64,000 nucleotides of DNA from Amphiscolops sp. MND2022 (Eukaryota), in assembly GCA_964187785.1 (NCBI GenBank), contig OZ076409.1:81470001-81534000 (forward strand), read 5' to 3'. This document shows positions 1 through 12,430 of the stretch, piece after piece (positions within the stretch are counted from its first letter, which is position 1; every line of letters begins with the position of its first letter). Below the pieces are notes generated by a model that was given only the letters and a program-made list of their open reading frames with translations, did no database searches and was not told where the DNA came from. Made by a program: the position numbers and the translations under genes.

Positions 1-299
1 TTTGAATTGGCTGATGTATTCCGAGAAAAGGTAAGATTTGTATCTTTTAATTTGAACAAAATATTTATTGTTTTCCGGTATAACGTATGCAACGTAAAAA
101 ACGCACTGTTTCTCTGGAATCAACTTTTTATCGTTCTCTCTTCAACGCTCATCGATAAAATGCTCTATATCCAAATTAGTACCAATATATTTTGGTTCCC
201 ACGAAAAGGAAGGCAAGACAAATGCTTTTTTGAATTGCTGTTTCAAAACTCAAAAAGCATACGAGCATGTACTTGTTTCAGAGCAGTGAAATAGTTTTA

Positions 300-1100
300 G
301 TTCAAAAAAATGCGCTTTTTTGTTATACTATTGAGGCTGGTGTAATTGCAGAATATACGAAAAGTGTCGCTGTACCACTGTGCTTCTCGTTTTAAAGTAA
401 ATCCATGAAAAAGTTTGATAAACAGGGTGTAAATTAGATTTTTTGAATTGATACTTCTTTGGTAAATATCGTCAATCACTACTTTATATACCCGTTTACT
501 CCACCTTCTAGTCTGCGAGTTATAACAAAATTTGGTATTTGTTTTTGCCATCTGACAATTTTCAATTAATATTTTTTGGCGACAGCTTGCATGAACGCTT
601 TAAAAAGTTCCGCATGGCGAATTTAAAACAGAACTTACCCGTTGACCATTAGTATTTTTGGTTTTTGGTAGCCAAACCTCTGAATGAAACCAAAGTAATC
701 TCAACAATTTTACCACAGCATTTTGATTCCTCAGAAATTCTTGAGTTTGAAATCTTATAAATTGAGCCAACGAAATTAAATTTCCTCATCGGTTTTCATG
801 AAAGTTTATTTTTCCTCACTTGTGTAACAATCTATATTATAATCAACCACTTTTATGGAATATTAAATAAGAGGGCGGTATTTCCCACTCTCCAAGTCAA
901 CAGCAGGTGTGAATTGTGACCTCTCCAAAAGAAAAATATTTCCGGAACTTGTGGACAAAAATATATTAACTTCCATAATGGTTATATGAGTAAACAGAAG
1001 ACGTGAATAACGTGGAAATAGATCATTAGTGAAAGTGGGCTGGGTCTAGAAGCGCCGATCGAACAAATTCTGATTTCTGATTTTCTTCTTGATGAGTTTA
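300..1100 (-). pseudogene. Possible highly decayed Polinton/adintovirus capsid-region fragment (penton C-terminus and downstream ORFs)
   Basis: Minus-strand translation with stops gives 'KYRPLI*YSIKVVDYNIDCYTSEEK*TFM', loosely like the penton C-terminal pattern (F/Y)RPLxxxxxxxIxIDLRDxxGxKIPF recalled from memory. Many stops and frameshifts. Confidence 0.25.
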
Positions 1101-1419
1101 GATGAACTATTGATGTGGAAATCATGCAGAGGAAATGCCTTCCTCACATTTTGGCAATAAATGACAAAATTTGGGAGGGTTTTGAAATCTAACAGAGGTC
1201 ATTGTTCGAAAGGCGTCCAGTTGGTGCGTTACATTGGCGCTCATTTTATTTCTGCTAAGAATCAAAAATCCTAATTCAATATCGAGACCTTCTGTGATAA
1301 AAAAACTGAATAATCCGATTCTCTGATTAATGATCCCGAAGAAACATAAAACTTGATATGTAACTTGATTTATTCATTGAGTTTCCTTGATGAATTTGTT
1401 CCGGCATTCTTACGTCTGG

Positions 1420-2203
1420 AAAAACATTTGTTTATCAGGGTGTTCAAATTCTTTCTAAAATGTCACCAAAGATTCCTCCCTTCATTTTTTTGGTATTTTG
1501 CAACAGAACGAATGTTTAAAAATCCCAAAGGGTCCCTTCTTTCAGATTTTTTGGCACTATGAGACTGTTCTCATTTTTTGTTATTTTTTGCAAAATTTTT
1601 CAAGTCTCGCTTCAATTTTTTGAAATTTTGCAACAGAATGGATGTTTAAAAAATCTCAAAGTACCCCCCTTTTACAGTTTTAGGCATTGTGAGATTTTTC
1701 AAATCGAATAATTTTTGTCTTAAAATAAGGTTTTCTCAGGCCAAGCACGCTATATCCGATTTTTGTTTTTTTAAAGACCGCTGTTTTTTCTATGCGCTTT
1801 TTCTCTAATTTGTTTTCATCGAAGCCCCCTCAATTTTTACTAGAAACGAAACGTTTTGCGAGCATAAAGCACTGCTCAAGGTTTTCGGCACTATGCGACT
1901 TGGCGGAGACCTTCAAAAAAATTTTCGAAAAACTTCGAAAATTTTTTTTCTTCAATTTTCTGTTTTTTTTTAAAGGTTTACGGTTGAGAAAGATGGGTTT
2001 TCTGTTGTTTCCAGTTGGAGAAGAATTGTTTTCGAGATTTATGGGTTTCCCTTCGGGATTTTTTGGCGCTGTAAAATTGATGAAATTGTTACAATAATGT
2101 CCTTTTACCCTTGGCTCTCCGTATGATATTGCTTATTTGGGTTTCTTCAAAAGTTCTCAACTTTCTTCGCAAGTGTTTGCGAAGCACGGCTTCGCCTCTG
2201 TGT
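1420..2203 (+). mobile_element. DINE-1/HINE-like non-autonomous element (family D)
   Basis: Internal units TTTTGCAACAGAATGGATG...AAAGGGTCCC...TTTCAG..TTTT.GGCA.T.TGAGA are shared with family A. 3' end has a perfect hairpin GCGAAGC-ACG-GCTTCGC followed by CTCTGTGT. 5' boundary is approximate. Confidence 0.5.
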
Positions 2204-3364
2204 ATATATTTTTGACGTACTCGTCTATAGAAAATAATCCGAAGGTCAGAAATTTTGTCAAAATGTCTAAGGTTGAGCTCAAATGTTTTGAGGTTCTGCC
2301 AATTCAACTGAAAAATGACAATTTGACAGGTTGACGCGATTAATATTGACTGTTTCAAACTGAAGGACATTTTGATTTGACAGCTGTTCCATGGGAAAAT
2401 TCAAGAAAGTTCTGGGCTGAAGAACTTTATGTGACTGAATTTTCGCTGCCTCAAGGTATTTTAACTATTATAGCTTAAGCAAAATTCAGATTTACTATTT
2501 CTTGACTATAAAGCATTGTTAAATACATCGTTTGAAGGCACTGGTTTTTGATCAGCGCTTATATGAAATACAGAACCGGTAATTAAAATGTCTTTTCGTG
2601 GCGCCTCGTCTTGACAGAAATAGACCAACAAGGTTCTACTTTTACAGCAACTTCGACCTATTTTATAGAAGGCATCCTAAGGGCCTCTTTTGATTTGTAA
2701 CAATCACACGTGAATCAAGCATTTTTTTGCACTGTAAATATTTCGGAATACCGGGGTAGCATACATTAACTCCAGATGAAATATATGTGGAATAATAACA
2801 AAATTTTGAAGGAAAAAGTTGTAGAGCAATATTAAAATTGATGATGAAAGCGGAAAACGTCAAAAACAGCGCCATATTTTTCTTGCCGAGACAAAATTGA
2901 AATTGCGATGTCATTAAAGTGTGATTTGAAATGGAAGATCAAAAGTTATTTATTTGGTCACACTTGGGTGTATGCTTTATTGGTTATGATATAACCCATT
3001 TAACACTAACTAGACTTGAAAGGCTAGGAAATGAAACAGACACCTGAGGTGTTCCAATTTTCAATCAATCAGTTAGTAGTCGTGAAAAAAAACAATCCTG
3101 GAACAAAAATACGAGGAACGCGATTCTAATGAATGGGCATATGCGAAAATGGTTGTGGTACTGCCAATTTTCACTTTTTAAAAGTCATGTCTTATACTTC
3201 GCGCGATCTGAAAAAAAATAATTTGATAAAATCCTACATTCTGGGAAACCTTAAATTCAAATTCATGAGGAACGTAATTCTAAAATTTCGGTTTGTTCTA
3301 AAGAATTCAGGTTCACATTTCAATTTTATAGTTTTTAAAAACAAAAATAATATATACAACGATG

Positions 3365-4990
3365 AAAAATGAAAGTTGAAAGTTGAAAGTTTCATTGAAT
3401 ATTAGAAGTAAGGCGTTTCACTATATGAAATACTTCATGTACAAATATCAAATAAGGATGAGAAAGGAGTTTAGTAGTTCTTCGAGTTCTCAGCGTAGAG
3501 AATCAACTTGAAGGCAAAACATCAAACTTTAAGACATTGTTTTTGAAAGTTCAGAGACAATCAGAAACGTTTGAAAACGATGTAGAGTTATTCTAATCTT
3601 TCAGTGTAGTTTCAAGTTTTTGATTTGGTCATCAAATGCAAGTCACAGGGTAGAAGGTTGAATTGATTTACCCAGTTATAACTTTTCAAAAGTGCGTTTT
3701 GGAGACTTTCTCATTTTATTGACGTATGCCCTGTAGCCAGTGGTAGTTAATAATTCCTCTGAAACCTTGTGGTTATACGCTTGTTGACACTCGTTGAGGC
3801 AGAAAAAATGGGGACTTTTGTGCACCGGTCTAAGCAATTCTTTAATAAGATCAACTATGTACAGTTCAAGACAGAAAGGGTTTGATTTTGAACTAAAAAT
3901 GTTCACTAAAGAGCCGGACTTTCGTTTGAACAAAAATAGCTCTTACGATTCGTCGCTGAGCCATTTCAATTTTGCTCAGATTCGTTTTAGTAGCTGTGCC
4001 GTATATCAGTGAACAAAAACAAAGTTTTTAGGCTCTTTAGATGAGACCACGAAATTTTTTCTATTAATTCATTACATAATCGATATAATGGTTGCATCTT
4101 AACGAAATATACCAGTGAATGCCCAAATCGCAAGTTTTTTATTGAATGGTTCTATCTACCTTTTTGACTTGATCGGGTCCCTTTAAACTGAATGGAAAAA
4201 TTTCAATTTTATCGGAAGTGGTAGCTATTTTGCTGTGTATCATTTAGTTTTTTGTTTACATTTTTTAAAATTCCCGTTTCATTTTTTCAACTGTTTTCAA
4301 AACACCGGTGTTAATCGCAAAAAGTACTATCTTGCTACTGATATCACAATTCGTCATGTCCTCGATATCGTGTAGAAACAGTAGTGGCCCTCGATTTGAC
4401 ACTCTTTGTGGTACACCGGTTTCAATTTTTTGGCTGCTGGTAGTTTTTACCAGCTACTCTGATGTCCTGAACGGGATCACTTAAATACCTCCTCAAATGG
4501 TTGTTCACATCACTCCTAAATCCTTATCAAACGATCCCGTTGCTAAGATATCGTGATCAAGTGTATCAAACGCTTCCTGTTGATGTAAAAAATAGGCTTA
4601 TCCCTTGGATTTTTAATCAATCTCATCTGTCCTGTAAATTGTCAATGCCGTTGTTGTATTGGCACATGATCTTTTCTATCGAAAACCAAACTGTACAGTT
4701 GTAAACAATATTTGTTCACCGAAATCAACCATTGTTGAGTCAAATGTTTTTCGAAAAACGTTGCTAGGGAAACTAATCAAGCTGCAATAGTCTTCAGGCA
4801 AAGATCTACCACCTTTATTGAATAGCGGGACTTCTTTTGCAACTTTCGACGAACTAGGAAAAAGAGATTGTTAAATTGCTTTGAAAAGAATCAGCTAGAG
4901 ACGGTTCAACTATTGGCGGACAGCATTTGAGTATTTCATAACTAATCCCGCCAAGTCCGCAACTTTTTTACTTTCCGACCACATAAACGT
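3365..4990 (-). pseudogene. Decayed LINE (L2/CR1-type) reverse transcriptase with 3' tail
   Basis: Minus-strand fragments 'KEVPLFNKGGRSLPEDY', 'EAFDTLDHDIL', 'TGVPQRVSNRGPLLFLHDIEDM...KIVLFAINT' are decayed RT motifs. ORF 3676-3933 aligns by eye with the C-terminus of the LINE at 11.3 kb. (TTTCAAC)n-type tail at ~3370-3395. Confidence 0.8.
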
Positions 4991-5019
4991 GGGAGGAAAA
5001 TCATGATCTGTGACGCGTT

Positions 5020-5259
5020 TTTTTTTACAAATTCTGCCAAAACTCCACTTTATCTCCACTCCATGGAGTGAAGTGCACTTCACTTAGCACTTCACTTATT
5101 GCTTTCCCAGCCAGTAAGTCGTGGGTTCGAACCCGGGCTGGTGCTTAAATTTTTTTCGTGTTTCTCAGCCAGTAGGTCGTAGGTTCGATCCTCTCGTTCG
5201 CCTTTTTTTGCAATAAGCGTGTCGCGGAAAATATCCCGGTGCTTAGCGGGCGTCTTGTT
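5020..5259 (+). mobile_element. Short HINE-like element (family C) carrying tRNA-like T-arm motifs
   Basis: Ends in GCGGAAAATATCCCGGTGCTTAGCGGGCGTCTTGTT; closely similar ends at ~15925-15955 and 23313-23349, and reversed at 29277-29314. Contains GGTTCGAACCC and GGTTCGATCC motifs at ~5120-5195. 5' boundary is approximate. Confidence 0.5.
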
Positions 5260-5339
5260 ACATTTTCAAATTTGAAATCTTTTTTCCAATTTCTATTGCA
5301 GATGACGTCGTTTTATAGGTCTGGATTTAGTCCGTGTCG

Positions 5340-5790
5340 TTAATATATACCTCCGAAAATATATCCCTCCTGAATATATATTCCCTAATGTATACCCCTG
5401 AGTGTATACCCCCGAATATATACCCCCCGAATATATACCCCCCGAATATATACCCCCGAATAAATACCCCCGAATATATACCCCCCGAATATATACCCAC
5501 CGAATATATACCCCCCGAATATATACCCCCCGAATATATACCCCCCGAATATATACCCCCCGAATATATACCCCCGAATATATACCCCCCGAATATAGAC
5601 CCCCCGAATATATACCCCCCGAATATATACCCCCCGAATATATACCCCCGAGTATATACTCCCCGATTTTATACTCCCCGAATATATACCCCTGAATATA
5701 TACCCCTGAATATATACCCCCGAATATATACTCCCCGAATATATACTCCCCGAATATATACCCCTGAATAAATACCCCCAATTTATACCG
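5340..5790. repeat. Minisatellite, ~14-15 bp unit CCCCC(C)GAATATATA
   Basis: Tandem array visible directly; it generates the low-complexity ORFs 5293-5781, 5334-5771 and 5402-5695. Confidence 0.95.
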
Positions 5791-8700
5791 CCGAATTTGC
5801 TAAGCTAGATAAAGAAATTGGAGAAGCTCAAAGTCGAGGAACTAAACAATTTGAAGGAACTTATCGAAAATTGTTTGCACTTGCATGAATTCTGATTAAT
5901 ACTATTTTTTAAACAGTTACACAAGAAAATAAAGTAAAAAGTTTCCTTTCTTCCATCCAAAAGTTGGAGAGTGGAAATTCAAAAACCCTAATAGGGGTCT
6001 GATCAGCAGCAACAAGAGCTGCTTTCTGATATAGTTTGTGATCACTTGACAAAAAGTTCAAAAACTTGTTAGACCTACAATATATTTAGTCTGGTCAGAA
6101 GTTTGAAACCCAGAAGTTGTTGAAGAAGTTGTCAGAAGTTGTTGAATTCCAGCTCCCACCTTAAGGGGACAATCTATGAGAAGCAAAATAAAGAAAAATT
6201 GTACATTGCCGAAAAAACTCGGGACCTCTCTGGTGTTAAACGAATGTTCGATAAAGTCGCAAGAACTATATAATTCCATGCGTGCCACCTATATAACTAT
6301 GAGGTGTCATGTAGGTTTTGAGGTATAACTTATATAAATGGTCATATAGTTTAAAGCATGGAATGAAATGGAACCATATGGATCACTTTGGGGCATATAG
6401 TTTCCAACATGAAACCGTATTAAAATACATAAATAACGCAAAAAAGAATATTATAAAAGAAGGGAAACAAATTCAATGAAAATAACAGACATAATCTGAA
6501 ACTACAAACAAAGCTTGCAGATTTCTGAAACCGATTTCCCTATGCTGGAACTTTGGAGGCACTCTTTTACTAAGATATGGAAAATTTCACGAGACAGGAC
6601 TCGCTGCAAGAACTTGCCCTTTATTGGGTCCGGAAATGGATTGAAACTAAGTTTAAAAAGTCATTCCAATGATTTTCAGAACAATTTTTGAAGTCACTTT
6701 CGGACAGTTTGAAACTTAACTACGAACAGAGTTTGCAAATATTTGGACCGGTCTTTATGCTAAAAATCTCTGCCAATGATACTGAAAAAATAACAAAACA
6801 GTACCCTCTTAGCTTAACAGTATTTTTGGGTATTTCTCCAATTTCTCCGTCTAAAAAGGAGAATCCCAATTTAATATGCTATGGATAAGCATAGCCCACC
6901 ACAAAAATTTAACATTTCATGACCTGCAAGTTTTGCTACTTCCGTCCATGTGGTTCAATGCATGGAAACGTATGGAAAGCATGAATGTTATGTTTCCATG
7001 CATGCAATTGCGTGGAATTGAGCCTAATATTTGTTTTCATGCATAGAATCGCATGGAAGTCCCATGAATTCGTATCCGGGTGAAGATCTGATTCGACTGC
7101 ATTCTTATGATCTTTTTTTTTCAGGTCTTCATCATTTGTGGCTAATTTTCTAGAGGTTTTCTGGAACCATTGAAAAGTTGAAAGTTTTGTTTGGACGTTT
7201 GTGTTCTTGAAAAGAATTGTGAGGTTTTTCTTATTAGAACGTTTGCTAAATTGCATACCTGTTCTGATTTGAACGGTGTGATTTTTCATCTCAACTGAAA
7301 AGTTTGTAAAGAAAAAAGAAAAACGCCTAAAACAGTTGGATTTGATGATTCTGTGTTTACGAAAATTTCGGACCTTTTTAGAACAAAACAAAACAATTTT
7401 TTCCAAAGACATAATGGACAGTTAACATCTCAGTCGTTGACTTTTTTGTGTTTTCTCGCCTTTCGGAAACTTTGGACATTGTTTAAAAATTGCTGTTGAT
7501 TGAAGATGATTTTTTGGTTTATTCAGATTCATTTTGCAGTACTTTTTCATTGTTAAATTTTGGACTACCGTTCATAAAAGCGTATATGATATATTGTTAG
7601 GCCGCTATTGAGCTGTGCTTGTTCTAAATTTTTCGAAACCTTCAAAAACTGCATAAAGTTGCTTGAAAAGTGTGAGAGTGTCTTTTTTCGATCATTCTAA
7701 TCTAGTTCAGTGCCAAAAAAGAAGAAGGTTGTTGAACACTTTAATTAGATTTTGTTAGAATGTTGTTTACAAACAAACGTGTATCAGTCAGAAAAAAGCG
7801 AGCGACCATTCACCATATGGTCTTTTCAAAAACCAGTGCTCTCAGCTCAACCAGTCTTCACAACTCATATGCAGTTCAAAACATGGCTACAATTTGGCGC
7901 TGGAAGACAATTTTGAATCGAGCGGGAAGCCAACTTCAAGCTCCCAGCTGATTGGGATTGCGCCGAAGTGCCACCTAAAGCAGAATGGGAAAAGCGGAAA
8001 GATATTTTCGTAATGACAGTAAATGCCAAACATGCAGTATCAATACCAAAGTTAATACGAACACCGACAGAAAATCAAACCAGACAGACAGCAATACTGA
8101 ATAACCTGAACGAACAGGCTGCAGAATAAAAAATTGCCAGTATTGAAAGCTTTAGGAACTCGATATTTTGCTGGGTGCCATTTCGGACTATTCTAAAAAT
8201 TTTCAGAATTTTTTCGTTATATAAATGCTATCAAAAACTTGCTATCAAAATGCTATCTATGAAATCTGTTGAAACACTTCAGTTTGTGTTTAGTTTTGGA
8301 ACATGGAAAATTTTGGAGAAAAGAACGCGGCTCATATTTTTCAATATGGAAAATTTAATGGAAAAGAAACAAAAAATTGAATGAAATTTCCTTTTTTCGC
8401 ACCCCTGTCCAAAAAAATGTGAAATTTGGGTAACCAAAAGTCAAAAAGTTTATTGTGGAATTTTTTTCAACTCTTAGGTTTTGGGAACTTTGGGACTCTT
8501 AACAATAAAGCTATTCAGAAGTTAAGTCGAGAGGAGTTATTGTTTTTCAAATTTAACGCTGAGTTTCTATGGAATTGTTTTGTGTTTTGCTCAAAACATT
8601 TACTTTGTTTAAAGCCTCATCAAAAATTTTCAACTTATCCATGGATAAGTGAACTGAACCTTCTATGGTTTATATATTTTGAGTGACGTAGAGGCTTCGG

Positions 8701-9944
8701 AGGATTCCAAAAAAATAAACCTTAAATTTGACATTTCTAAAATTCAGTGTCTCAAGCCTTCGATGTAATTTTTGCGCGTTCAACCATTCGTCGTAATCTC
8801 CCATGCAATTGAATTAGCAGACAGAGCGATATGCAAATGTCAAGAGATTACCATGCTCCGACAACTGCTGCAAAAATTCGAATGAATTGACAACTTGACA
8901 GATCTCCAAAGAAAAAAATCTATTTCCAAAAACCATTTTGCCACTTGTCCCTAAGCTTACCATCTTGAAATATGTTAGGTTAGTTTATAAGTGTAACACA
9001 TAGAAAATGTTCAAAATATATATCGAAAACATTGCGGTATATAACGCTATAAAATACCACACCTTTGCCAATTTGTCTGCTCAGCATGATGTGATAAAAA
9101 ATGTCCTTTTGTGTTCCCAGATAACATGTAAAAAGTATTGGTGGAGAAGTAAAATGGGCATAAAAACTGGCCACTTTATCGTCTTTTATTTACACTAAAC
9201 CGAAAAAAAGGCCTGAGCCGAGAACCGGGGACGTCAGAAACAATCGATTATATTCCTGCCTCCTTTTTGATGCCCCAGTTAATTGGTCTGTTTGGGTGTC
9301 TTTTGAACCCATATAAACGTTGCTATCGCACATGTATCCAGATTTTTAATGATCAGTGACACGGCAAAAAACGATCTTTTTTGGTCATAAAAATTGAGAA
9401 AGTTCAACCGTTTTTTAAACTACACCGATCTAAGCATTTTACAGCACCGTTAATTTGCAGTATATATCAGGGCAAAAATATCACTCTCAGAATTGTACAA
9501 AATTTTACGTATATCACCTGCATGTAATTCTGAAATTTCATGTTTCGACTAGCTATCAGCGTAAAAACCTTTGGGTACTTAATAACTTATTTGTGTTGGT
9601 ATAAACTAATGATTGAATTGAAGTTGAAAATTAGTGTAAAGTGAAATCAAGCTAACCATATCCATTTTCATGGCAGCGGAAGAAAAAAAATCACCCGAAA
9701 TTTCATCCAGTCCTATCGATGGACCTTTGATGGGCATCACAGTTTTTTCCGATGATCTGCGATGGGCCATCGGCGTTCAGCAAACACTGGGTTTCAAATT
9801 GATTATTTAGTGTACCTTGAATTACTCTTTTGAAAAAGCTACTTTAAAATTCCCTGATCAATTTTGAGAAGGTCCCAAAAATACCGTACTTAAATTTCAT
9901 TCAAAACCTGTCGTCCTGTTCAGTTTGCGGTTTAACATACATAG

Positions 9945-10014
9945 TAAGATTGCCATGGATGTCAATGAATTAGCATTTATCCGTACAGAATGCATGGTAG
10001 ACCAGTCGACGCTA
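9945..10014 (+). CDS. TRPM-like channel, putative exon (end of S2 / S2-S3 linker)
   Basis: catag|T AAG ATT...ACG CTA|gttagt encodes KIAMDVNELAFIRTECMVDQSTL and joins in phase 0 to VKLVIWCSSEWNLLD, the position of the TRPM EEIRQ...KxxxYxxDxWNxxD segment. An alternative in-frame acceptor lies at 9923. Confidence 0.5.
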
Positions 10015-10080
10015 GTTAGTCTCTATCGAAGAGATTCCAGATAGTTGACATACTTATACATACATCAAAGAAACTCTATT

Positions 10081-10602
10081 AACAAGCCGGGAACGGCCAA
10101 AGTCGGCGCTATATCTAAGGCTCAAAATTTTAAGAGGGGGGACCCTTTGGGCTTTGTGAAACAAAAAATTGAAGGGGGACCCTTGAGAGATTTTAAAATA
10201 TTTCCGAAAAAAAATTAAAATGAGATTTTTGAACAGTGTCACAGTGCCGAAAATGTGAAAGGGGGGCAAGTTGGGATTTTTTGACATCCATTGTGGTTCA
10301 AAATATCAAAACAAACGAAGGGGAGACCCTTTGGTGCAATCCAAAAAATTTCAAAAAAAATCGCATAGTGTCGAAAAAAATCCGAGTGGAAAACACCAAA
10401 AGGGTGTTAAGGTCCTTAGTATGTTTTCGAGGTTCTGGACGTCGATGTTTTTGCTTTGGACGAGGTTCTGGCGTTTTGAGTATGTTTTTGACGTCTTTTG
10501 ACGTTGTTGAACAAATGAACAAAAAAGTGGACTCTACGCGTCTGAAGAAAATTACCCACTGTAAGAGTCGGGCTCATTTTCTTTTGAAATGCTCCGACTA
10601 AT
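10081..10602 (-). mobile_element. DINE-1/HINE-like non-autonomous element (family A)
   Basis: Begins AACAAGCCGGGAACGGCCAAAGTCGGCGCT and ends GCTCCGACTAA. Subterminal inverted repeat AGTCGGCGC/GC(T)CCGACT and internal GGGGGACCCTTT units are shared with four other copies. Confidence 0.8.
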
Positions 10603-10764
10603 AAAAGAGACAGTTATAAGTTGCAATCTCTGAAATGTTGCCAATTCACTATTTCACTCCTGATGAAAAAAATGACGAAAAATTTCTGAAGTTTACAGAA
10701 GAATTGAGCTCACAGTTTTCTCATATGTTCAATCAAAAAATAAATTTTTGGATTTTAAAAATTA

Positions 10765-12430
10765 AGTGAAAGTGAAAGTTGAATTTTCTTGAACATAATT
10801 ATACAATCAAAGTATTAATAGTATTTTAACGTTAAGAAATGAAAATGTTCAAGAAAGACAGAAAATGAGCCTAATCAGCTCTTCAAGTTTCTGCCCTTAA
10901 GTACAGGACCAAGATAGGCAAGTTTATCGCTTTCGTTAATTGTGTTCCGATGAACATTTGAAGTCGTCTTCCTATTGGAAAAAATGCGATACGATATCTC
11001 TACTTTCATTTATATACAACCGTGTTAGGTTCTTCAGATATGATGTAATTTGACGATGCGTCATTTCTCCGACACCAGCCGGCATCAAATCCATTTCAAT
11101 TAACCAATTATAGCCTTTGATTAATGCATTTTCTTCCGATTTATATTTGGTTCTTGTTCGGTTCATAGATACTGGTAGAAAAGTTTTTTTTGATCGACGT
11201 GTTTCATATCTGGGAGTGCTTTTTGACTGTCCTAACTTTGTAATAAGATTCGTTTTTTCATCTCAGCGTAGTTGACTAAAAATTTCACGAAAAACATCCA
11301 CAATGAATAACTCAAAAACGGTATTAACTTCAATGTCACGAAGTATATCCCTGATGCTATCTCTTTTCTTTTTAAAGAAAATAGCTCTAATAATTCTTCT
11401 TTGTGCCATATCAATATTTTGCAAGTTTGTTTTTGCCGCTCTTCCATAAACTATCAGACCGTAAGAAATTACAGATTTCGCATATGAATTGTAAAACGAT
11501 AGCAAAGCCTTTATTGGATACAAGTCTCTAACTCTGTAAATTAATCCACAAAATTTATTGAGTTTATTCACTACATGGTTGATATGGTCCCGAAAAGTTA
11601 ACACTGGGTCAATGTACAATCCCAAGTACTTACAGCAGTTTTTTTGAGAAATCTTTTTTTCCATGATAGTTAATTGTCTTTGATACATACGACCAAAAGA
11701 TATACTTTCACATTTAGATGTGTTTATCGACAATTTGTTGTAATTGAACCAATCCGTAAGTGTTTCCAATTCATTTTGCACACTGCAGTTATCAGTTTTT
11801 CCAGCTTTAACAATCGACGTATCATCAGCAAAAATTGCTACTTCGCTTTTTTGGCACACATCTGGCAGATCATTTATATATACAAGAAAAAGAAAGGGAC
11901 CCAGAATAGAACCCTGGGGATATCCAGTTCGAATTTCTCTCGAAAGACTATTTGTTTTTCTAATTGACACATATTGAAACCTCTGAGATAGATAATCAGC
12001 TAATATGTTGTGGATTGGTCCTCTATAACCATAGTTCTTCAGCTTTTCCAAGAGTATTTCATAATTCAACGAGTCAAATGCTTTTTGTAAATCATTGAAA
12101 CATACTTGACCGGAAGATTTTTGGTCCAATTCTCTACGCATATAATCAGTAATTTTAGTAATGGCTTGTGCACATGATTTTCTCGATCTAAAACCATATT
12201 GTTTTGTAGTGAATAGACCCTTCTTATTGAAAAAACTAACCATTCGATTATATAATAATTTTTCGAACACCTTGCTCAGAGAGCTTAGCAAACTGATGGG
12301 TCGATAGTTGCCTGGATCATTGGCATTACCTTTTTTATAGAGGGGTATAACTTTGGCTATTTTGAAACTATTCGGGAAGAACTGTTTTTCAATGCAGTTA
12401 TTGAAGCAATTTGTCAGATAGTTTTCATTT
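10765..12430 (-). mobile_element. 5'-truncated LINE (L2/CR1-type non-LTR retrotransposon)
   Basis: RT ORF, 3' UTR and a (TTTCAC)n tandem tail (plus strand AAGTGAAAGTGAAAGTTGAA at ~10765-10783). Truncated within the RT N-terminus at ~12430. Confidence 0.9.
10972..12428 (-). pseudogene. LINE reverse transcriptase (partial; premature stop at 11263 and frameshift before the C-terminal piece 10972-11166)
   Basis: Motifs FKIAKVIPLYKKG..DPGNYRPISLLSSLSKVFEK (frame open upstream of the ORF-track start), QYGFR, DLQKAFD, G(Y)PQGSILGPFLFLVYIND, FADDT and KYLG. Confidence 0.92.

Noticed and set aside
2384..2455. Possible additional host exon (ttgacag|...VPWENSRKFWAEELYVTEFSLPQ...|gtattt)
   Set aside because: Splice signals are plausible, but there is no recognisable TRP motif to tie it to the gene.
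5293..5781. Repetitive ORFs (GGIYS / EYIPP repeats) on both strands
   Set aside because: Translation artefacts of a minisatellite.
5340..5790. CRISPR-like array
   Set aside because: No unique spacers, no cas genes, and a eukaryotic context. The same applies to the 172-bp and 180-bp arrays.
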